Source: Narcine bancroftii (lineage: Eukaryota). Taken from it: 64,000 bases of DNA. Each line of letters opens with the position of its first letter. The first letter of the stretch is position 1. The notes under the pieces were generated by a model. It was given only the letters and a program-made list of their open reading frames with translations, was not told the origin of the DNA and ran no database searches. The position numbers and the translations under genes are program-made. Below, in pieces: positions 56,174-64,000 of this stretch. The stretch covers positions 8,308,001 to 8,372,000 of the forward strand of contig NC_091474.1 of NCBI RefSeq assembly GCF_036971445.1, read 5' to 3'.

Positions 56174-57193
56174 ATCGCCTGTGGGCCACAGCATGTTAGG
56201 CCAGAAGCCAGGTGGGCCTTAGACAATAAAAGATTGAGAACCTCTACGCGAAGCGATAAGATTACGGTGCTTGCACGCTGCTGAGTGTGAATAGTTTGAG
56301 ATGTAACAGGAAGTGGACTGAGGGAGCAATGAAAAGAAAAATCCCGCAGAGACAGTGGAATGAGATTTTTTTTTGTGAAGAGGCTAAACTGTAATGTACA
56401 CTGATTTATAAACCTAAAACTGCTGGAGAAACTCAGCAGGTCACACAACATCCATAAGAGTTAAGATATTTAACCAATATTTTGACCCTGAGCCCTTCTT
56501 CAAAGGCTTTGATACCTTGAAGAAGGGCTGAGGCCTGAAACATTGATTAAATATCTTTAACTCCAATGGATGCTGCGTGACCTGCTGAGTTTCTCCAGCA
56601 TTTTTTTGTGTCTTTACTACAATCACAGCATCTGCAGACTTTTCTGTTTCACCCTACATGTAGACTGATTGATCTGATCAGGCTGGTTTTGTAGTGCAGA
56701 CTTTGGGAGACTTAAATAGAGTCAAATCCACATTAGCTTCATCAAGGGGTAAGGTTAAACTCCATTTTTACGAGCATAGGTGAGATTACTTCTTCATGAC
56801 TCCCTTTGCTGCATTTTTACTTAATTGCTTAATAATGTGATCTAACCTGCTCTTCAGGAATGGGCAAGAAGTGTCAACATGTGACAAAACTTCCTTTTGT
56901 AAGTCCTGGAATCACAAATTTTGCTTTCTAAAATTAAAATAAACTAAAATTAGGTTTATAAATCAGTCTACATTACAGTTTAGCCTCTTCACAAAAAAAA
57001 ATCTCATTCCACTGTCTCTGCGGGATTTTTCTTTTCATTGCTCCCTCAGTCCACTTCCTGTTACATCTCAAACTATTCACACTCAGCAGCGTGCAAGCAC
57101 CGTAATCTTATCGCTTCGCGTAGAGGTTCTCAATCTTTTATTGTCTAAGGCCCACCTGGCTTCTGGCCTAACATGCTGTGGCCCACAAGCGAT
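56174..57193. repeat. Inverted duplication, arms 56174-56417 and 56950-57193 (244 bp)
   Basis: Two mismatches found by eye; 532-bp spacer. Confidence 0.95.
56421..56640. mobile_element. Palindromic Penelope-type terminal-repeat element
   Basis: TGCTGGAGAAACTCAGCAGGTCAC...GTGACCTGCTGAGTTTCTCCAGCA arms. Related remnants at ~36960, ~37570, ~50030-50310 and ~57990-58085. Confidence 0.65.
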
Positions 57194-58405
57194 TGTCCCC
57201 TTGTAATTCAGAGAAGCAGGCTTAAATGGGGGATGTTAAGGGAGATTTTGGAAAGAGAGGATCAAAGTCTGCAGTTGTGGCTCATGTATTTAACACTATC
57301 ACCTCTCATTTGCACACAATATATTCAATTCTACAATTTCAAAAATTTCATTGTGATTATTAAGATCTGCTTTGCCACAGATGGCCAAAAATACAACCCA
57401 CTCCCCCACTGCCACCTCCCTCTGTTATGCTACTTTCATTTTCATATTAATGCAATCAATTCATGTTGGGTGGAAAATATTGGTAAGACTAGAACCGTTG
57501 GGAACATCGATTTCACCACTGTTAAATACCATTTCACTAAACTTGCTCTGATAATACTTGTAAACTAATTCACTACTGTTTGTGTGTAATATCACAGTTA
57601 GCGCAACACCGTCACACCACCAGCAACACGGGTTCGAATCTGGTGCTATCTGTCAGGAGCTTGTGTATTCTCCCCATTCTTTGAGCTCATTCTTTAGAAT
57701 TTTAATGGAATGATGTTTATTACATTTCCTTCTGATCACAATGTGAAATTCAATGGATATATCCACTTCTCAGCCACTGCACATTTCAAACCGGAAAGTG
57801 TGCAGATACTGGGATCCTATCAGCTACCCGCGACTCTATCACTCTATCACTTCTTGGCTATTTTCTCTTCTACCTTCTCACCTATAATCCATCTTTGACC
57901 TCTCACCTTTAGGCCTATGCTCCTCCTGTCTTTCCTCCCTCCTCTTCCTTCCCCCCTCCTTTTCATTGGGGCACATGCCTAATCTTGCTTATGCCTGATA
58001 AAGGTGCATCCCTGAAATGTTGGTTACCCTTTACTTCCTATGGATGCTGAGTGACCTCCTAGGGTTTCTCCAGCATATTTCTGTATTACAGTTTAAGAAG
58101 CCAGCTCATCAATAATTAGCTGTGGTTAATTAAATGCTGGCTCACCTGTAAAGCAAATTAACAAATGAGCTAAATGGGACTCTCTTTGATAGTTACAGGG
58201 ACTAGGGAAAATAGATCACAGAATGGAACATTTTCCATAAGTAATGTTCCTATATTTCCACTACACTAATGAATAACATTAGTTTAATTTTCAGTATTTA
58301 GCAGCAATTCTTCAAGTGAGTGTTGTGAATTGGAAAAAAAATTCATATAGATTGCACAATTACGCTCTCAGTAATTTTGTTTGCCTCTATAGTGGCAACA
58401 CTGTA

Positions 58406-58997
58406 CAGTAAAACCCCTGGTGTCTGGCACCTATGGGGATGGGTAGATGCCAGATATGTGAATTTTTCATTTGTTTGACACTCACTTTTACAATGCCTAA
58501 CTAATACATTTGCATTAAGAATAAATTGTTTAAAAGACAAAAGACAGTGCAAAATGTAATTTGGGGAAAAAACAGTACTACAGTCTAAATTGTGTAAAGT
58601 TCACTTACTAAATTTAAATTAAAACCCGGGTCGCTGGCGCTGTAACAGCATTACGTTAACCACTACGCTGACAAAATCATAATTAATACCCTGCTCAGTT
58701 TAAAAGCCTTTATACTAATAAAGATAAGGACTCTCACTAAGCAGAGATGGAACCTCTTACTAAGCAGGGATCCAATGCTACTATGAGCAAAGCACGATTA
58801 AGACATTCCGATGGGTGAATCTTTGCTCCCATCTTCTCCAAAGGTTTATGTTTTATTTCAGAGAGCATTTACTTTTACTATTTTAAACTTTTATTTCAAA
58901 TTTTATTTCTTTCTATTTATTTCAATTTTAAAAATTTATTTCCTTTTTTTGTGCCAGTTGGCAGTTGCTTGAATTCTAGATAATGGGGATTTTACTG
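58406..58997. mobile_element. Tigger/pogo-like MITE with TA target duplication
   Basis: TA|CAGTAAAACCCC ... GGGGATTTTACTG|TA. Related partial copy at ~40652-40830. Confidence 0.75.
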
Positions 58998-59016
58998 TAC
59001 GTCTTTTTTCCTACAG

Positions 59017-59214
59017 GTTAGAAGCCAAGTCATGGATTCCCTTTTTGTTCTTGGGCACATGCCTGGTGTACTGCGCCAGAGTAACACTTCCCATCTGTGT
59101 ATCGGTCATGGCAGAACAATTCAACTGGGACAAGAAACAGTCTGGCATTGTACTCGGTAGTTTCTTCTGGGGCTACTGCATGACACAAATCATGGGTGGT
59201 TACATCAGTGACAG
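59017..59214 (+). CDS. SLC17A9: SLC17A9 coding exon 2
   Basis: LEAKSWIPFLFLGTCLVYCARVTLPICVSVMAEQFNWDKKQSGIVLGSFFWGYCMTQIMGGYISD(R), with the SLC17 SFFWGY motif. 198 nt, ctacag acceptor, gtgaga donor. Confidence 0.96.
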
Positions 59215-59889
59215 GTGAGAAAGAAATGTTGAATTGTGCACACTTGAGTAGTTACGTTCAATAACTCCAATGCTGGGGGAGTGGGAGGAAGGTTGCATTC
59301 CTAGAAAAAGTTCCATTTCACAATTTTCCATGTTATAAAGCCATGCCATCAAGAAAGAATTGTTCTAAGAAAAATCGTGTTTATTTATTTTTTCACATAA
59401 ATTCAATGAGAGCAAATGTTATTCTCCATTTCAAAACTTTGGGAAGTGATTTGAGAATTCTGTAACGTGGAATTTCTGCTACCCAAAACTCCATAACTTG
59501 GGGGAGTCGCATGTATAACACGATGTTACATGTACTGCAATTTTGCAAAAGGTAATTGGCCAAATTGCATGTTTCTTGTTTATTCAGTCACAGCCTTTAG
59601 GTGTCACTGTTAAGGTCTATTCCTAACCTGGTAAGTCCAGGTCTTTGAGCCATTTCAGGAGGCATTTAAAGAGACCCATCAAATTACTATTGGTCTGGAG
59701 TTGCGTTTAGGCCAATTGGGGAGGAATAGTGAATTAATGAATCACGTTACAATCCGATAGATTCAAGATCACTTTTATTGACACAAGCTTTATGTCAAAA
59801 TGGAGAGTGTTTAATGAACTGAATTTAAATTTCCCTATTGCTCTAGTTTGATTTGAAATTGTGCCTGGATGAATGGTCCAGACAACTCT

Positions 59890-60123
59890 TTCTTTTTTTT
59901 CTTTGGCTTGGCTTTGCGGATGAAGATTTATGGAGGGGTAATGTCCACGTCAGCTGCAGGCTTGTTTGTGGCTGACAAGTCTGATGCGGGACAGGCAGAT
60001 ACGGTTGCAGCGGTTGCAAGGGAAAATTGGTTGGTTGGGGTTGGGTGTTGGGTTTTTCCTCCTTTGTCTTTTGTCAGTGAGGTGGGCTCTGCGGTCTTCT
60101 TCAAAGGAGGTTGCTGCCTGCCG
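59890..60123 (-). mobile_element. Same RTE family, 3' fragment
   Basis: High identity to the other copies. Confidence 0.88.
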
Positions 60124-60360
60124 ACCATGCTCCTAGTCCATGACTGATCATTCCATTGGGAATCACTGGCTGTTTCCTTTTTGTTGGCCAGTGACATCTC
60201 AGCCTAAGCATGGGGATGAAAAATTCAGAAATGATCTGAAGGTGGTTGCCAGCACTGGGATCAGAATAGAGTGACTCCATTGAGTTGAATGAAACGTCTA
60301 AAGATGATTGAAAAATAAAATTAGTGGCATTTACTCTTTAATCAATTTCTAGTTAAGATA

Positions 60361-60691
60361 CAGTACAACTCCAAAAAATCAGGATGCCAGAAATCCAGAT
60401 CAACTAAGAATCCAGATTTTTCGAAAACTCTCAAACTTTTAAAACTCAGCGGGATTTTGTGTGCGTGCATGCATGTGTACGCGCCACAGATGCACAGTGG
60501 TATTTTTCTTTTTCTTTATATCTGCTTGTGAAGCATGTGGTATTTGCTCATGAATAAACTATCAACATTTACCTGTTCATCTCTTTATTTCTCTTAAATT
60601 TGAATTTTAAAAGTACTGTCTGAGAATCTGGAAAATCCAAAAATCTGGACCGACCAACCCCTGAGCAATCTGGATTTTTGGACTTCTACTG
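60361..60691. mobile_element. Tigger/pogo-like MITE
   Basis: TA|CAGTACAACTCCAAAAAATC ... GATTTTTGGACTTCTACTG|TA. Confidence 0.65.
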
Positions 60692-61618
60692 TAACTTTAC
60701 ATTTTTTATTTATTTAAATATACTTGGATTATTTTTAAAAATTCTTCTGATTATTGATATGTAAGAGTTTTAAAAGTCCTTCAGCCAAAGCTGTCAAATG
60801 GCTAGCTATCATTTCTGGGAGCGGGATTTTGTCTGTGGCTTCACTGGGGCTTGTTACCAGGCAATATGTCTGTAGCAGCCATGCATCAATCTTGATTGGA
60901 ATTGCAGAGGGAAAGCTTACTGAGCCTATAGGTTATTGATGAGCAGACTCTTGTTTCTAAATATAATTGACAACTGCTTGGCCTGAGCTACTTATTTTGC
61001 ATGCAGTGAAAATTTTTAGAGAACAAAAATAAAATAATCTCTTCCTGTTACGGCCTCTTATTGACACTGGTTTTATTTTAATTGTTAAAACAATCTTTTG
61101 TTTTGCACATTTATATGCATTTATTTTTGATTCTATGAATTTTATTTTGATTTTTTAATGGATTCATTATTCTTTACCTTTAAATTTAGACTTACAGCTT
61201 GTAGCAGGCCCTGTTATAGACATGAGCAGTGAATATACATCCCCTTCTGCAACACTGTTGGTAAAGGATGAATGTGAATCTGTATTTAAATGTCAATAAG
61301 TGCATATTGGGAAATGATGAGATCATAATTGACCTTCATTTATTAATAACACTAATAAACTTACTACGTTCTGATTTTTAATTCCCAATTCCTTAATTTT
61401 CCACAAGTATGAAAAAGAACAAATTATATATGCAAGGATGCCATTGGTAGGCATTTTTGCCATAAATTAGATATAATCTGTTTAGCAATGTGTTACATAT
61501 ATAACTACATGATGATAAATACGACTAATTTGATTGTAATTTGTTTTCTTGGTGAAACTGTGATTTTTTTTTAAAATCTATTAGGTTATTTGTACTCAGA
61601 ATTATTCATTTCTTTTAG

Positions 61619-61758
61619 ATTGGGTGGAGACAAAGTTCTAATGCTATCAACTTGTGCTTGGGGATCAGTAATCATCCTAACTCCACTCATTGTGCACAAG
61701 AGCTCTGCACCACTTGTGCTTCTGACAATATCCAGATTTCTTATGGGCCTGTTACAGG
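61619..61758 (+). CDS. SLC17A9: SLC17A9 coding exon 3 (gene continues beyond the window)
   Basis: LGGDKVLMLSTCAWGSVIILTPLIVHKSSAPLVLLTISRFLMGLLQ(G). 140 nt, ttttag acceptor, gtgagt donor. Confidence 0.96.
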
Positions 61759-61939
61759 GTGAGTAATGAAACTGGTGGAAAGGAGAAGGGAGGTGTTTTT
61801 GTTCATGTTGTTCCCAGAGTGGTTGTAACAACAAATTATCATTGCCACTTCCCTGGAAAACTACTCCAGCAACTTTTGTCATCTACAGTACACATCTGAA
61901 GATTAAACATAAAAATGTAGATGTTGGTCTCACCAATTC

Positions 61940-64000
61940 TCCATAAGGCATCGGAGCAGAAATTCAGCCCATCGTGTCTTCTTCGCCATTCATTTTCCTA
62001 CAGCCCCACCGCCCGGCCTTTTCCCCATAACCTTTGATGCCCTGGCTAATCAAGAATTTAGCAATCTCTGCCTAAGTACATCCAATGACGCCCTACATAA
62101 CTGCCTGTGGCAGCACATTCCAAAGATCTACCACCCTTTAGCTAAATAAATTTCTCTGCATCTCTGTTCTAAGAAAACGCCCCTCAATTCTGAAGTTATG
62201 CCCTCTTGCCCTAGACTCTTCCACCATGGGGAACAACCCTTATACATCTACTCTGACCATGCCATTCAACATACAAAATGTTTCAATGAGATCACCCCTC
62301 GTTCTACTAAATTCAAACGAGTACAGGCCAAGAGCTTTCAAATGTCCTCATGTGATAACCCTTTCATTCCCAAAATCATCCTTGTTAAACTCCTCTGAAC
62401 ACTCTCCATCGTCAGCACATCCTTTCTGAAATGAGGAGCCCAAAACTGCTCAAAATACTCTGAAGTGAGTTCTCTCTCGCCAGTTCCTTTTGAAGCCTCA
62501 AAATCACATCCCTGCTCTTATATTTTAATCTTCTTGAAATGAGTGCCAGCATTGCATTTGCCTTCTTCACCACCATCTCAGCATGTATGTTTACCTTCAG
62601 GCTATCCTGAACGAAGACCCCGCCCCCCCCCCCCCCCCAGGTCCCTTTGCATCTGGGAATTTTTATTTTTCTCCCCATTTAGAAAATAGCCTGTCCGTTT
62701 ATTATTTTTCTACCATTAAGTCCATGACTGTACAATTTCTGATATTGTGTTTTATTTGCCACTTCTCTGTCCATTTTCCTAATCTGCCCGAGTTCTTCTG
62801 CAGCCCTCTGCTTCCTCAACACCACCTGCTCTTCACCTTCCTTCGTATCATCTGCAAACTTGGTCACAAAGCCATTCATTTCATATTTTAACTCATTAAT
62901 ATAGAACATAAAAAAGTAGCCTCAACACTGATCCCTATGGAACACCACTAGCAACTGAGAGCCAACCAGAATATGATCCCTGTATTCTGAATCTCTGCTT
63001 CCTGCCAATAAGCCAGTGCTTTAGCCATGCTAGTATGTTTCCTGTTATACTATATGTATAACAAATTTTCTCTTAAGGAAACCATGCTAGCTTTGCCCTA
63101 TCTTGTCAGTGCCTCAAAGTACACCATAACATCATCTACCACAATCGACTCCAACATCTTCCCAACAACTGACATCAGGGTAACTGGTCTATAATTTCCT
63201 GCCTCCCTCCATTCTTGAATAATGGGGTGACATTTGTGATTTTTCCAGTCCTCTGGGACCATGCCAGAATCTGTTGATTCCTGAAAGGTCATTACCAATG
63301 CCTCCACAATCTCTCCTGCTACTTCTTTCGGAACCATGAGACCTATCCACCCTCAGACCACTCAGGTTTCTGGATGCCTTCTCCCTTGAAATAGTAAATG
63401 TACTCTTTTCCCTTCCCTGAAACCTTTCGACATCTGGCCCGTCGCTAATGTCTTCTACAGTGAAGACTGATGCAAAATACTCATTTAGTTCCTCTGCTAT
63501 CTCCATATCTCATTATTATTTCTCCAGCTTCATTTTCTAGTGGTTCTATGCCTACTCTTACCTTTTACTCTTTATATACTTGAGGAAGCTTTTTGTATCC
63601 CCTATGATATCCTACTTTATATTTTCCTTCCTTATGAGTTTTTAGTTACATTCTGCAAGATTTTTTTTTTAAAAAACCTCCCAATCCTCTATCTTTCCAC
63701 TAATTTTTGTTTCCTTGTATAGCTTCTCTCTTGCTTTTAACAAGTGGCTTTGACTTCTTCTGCCGCCACATTTGTGACATTTTTCCATTCGAGTGTTACT
63801 TCTTTTTAATGTATTTGTTCTGCATCTTCCCCATACTTTCAGAAACTCTATCCATTGCTACTCTGCTGTCTTCCCTACTGGTGCCCCCTTCCAATCTGGC
63901 CAGTTCCTCTCTCATGCCACTTCTCTGCAATTCCCTTTTCTCCAATGAAATACCAATACATCTGACTTTAGTTTCTCCTTGTTAAATCTCTAATGGCACT
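61940..64000 (-). mobile_element. Degraded CR1-like LINE
   Basis: AEELNEYFASVFT, EIVEAL...VPEDWK, GNYRPVTL.SVVGKMLE, KFADDTK motifs. Confidence 0.85.

Overview
Eukaryotic genomic DNA from an AT-rich vertebrate, almost certainly a cartilaginous fish. The cysteine string protein matches the Torpedo sequence as I recall it, and the repeats are typical of sharks and rays. Three spliced genes can be reconstructed with canonical GT-AG boundaries. DNAJC5/CSP-alpha is on the - strand with coding exons 2-4 present and its last exon probably left of the window. GID8 is on the + strand and complete (228 aa). SLC17A9/VNUT is on the + strand with its first three coding exons present. DNAJC5 and GID8 appear to diverge from one CpG island (~28.1-28.8 kb) that is bracketed by two G-rich tandem arrays. 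Introns contain old Rex1/Babar, CR1, L1 and Penelope fragments, V-SINEs, hAT and Tigger-like MITEs, seven copies of a young RTE LINE, and two minisatellites. Most long ORFs in the supplied track are repeat artefacts. The most unusual signal is a cluster of short (140-245 bp), near-identical local duplications of otherwise unique DNA: four are inverted, and one is a direct copy of most of DNAJC5 exon 3 that keeps its splice acceptor and would encode a J-domain-only CSP. Whether these are real template-switch events or assembly/polishing artefacts cannot be decided from the sequence. I see no convincing new multi-gene system. Repeat boundaries are approximate and were placed by eye.
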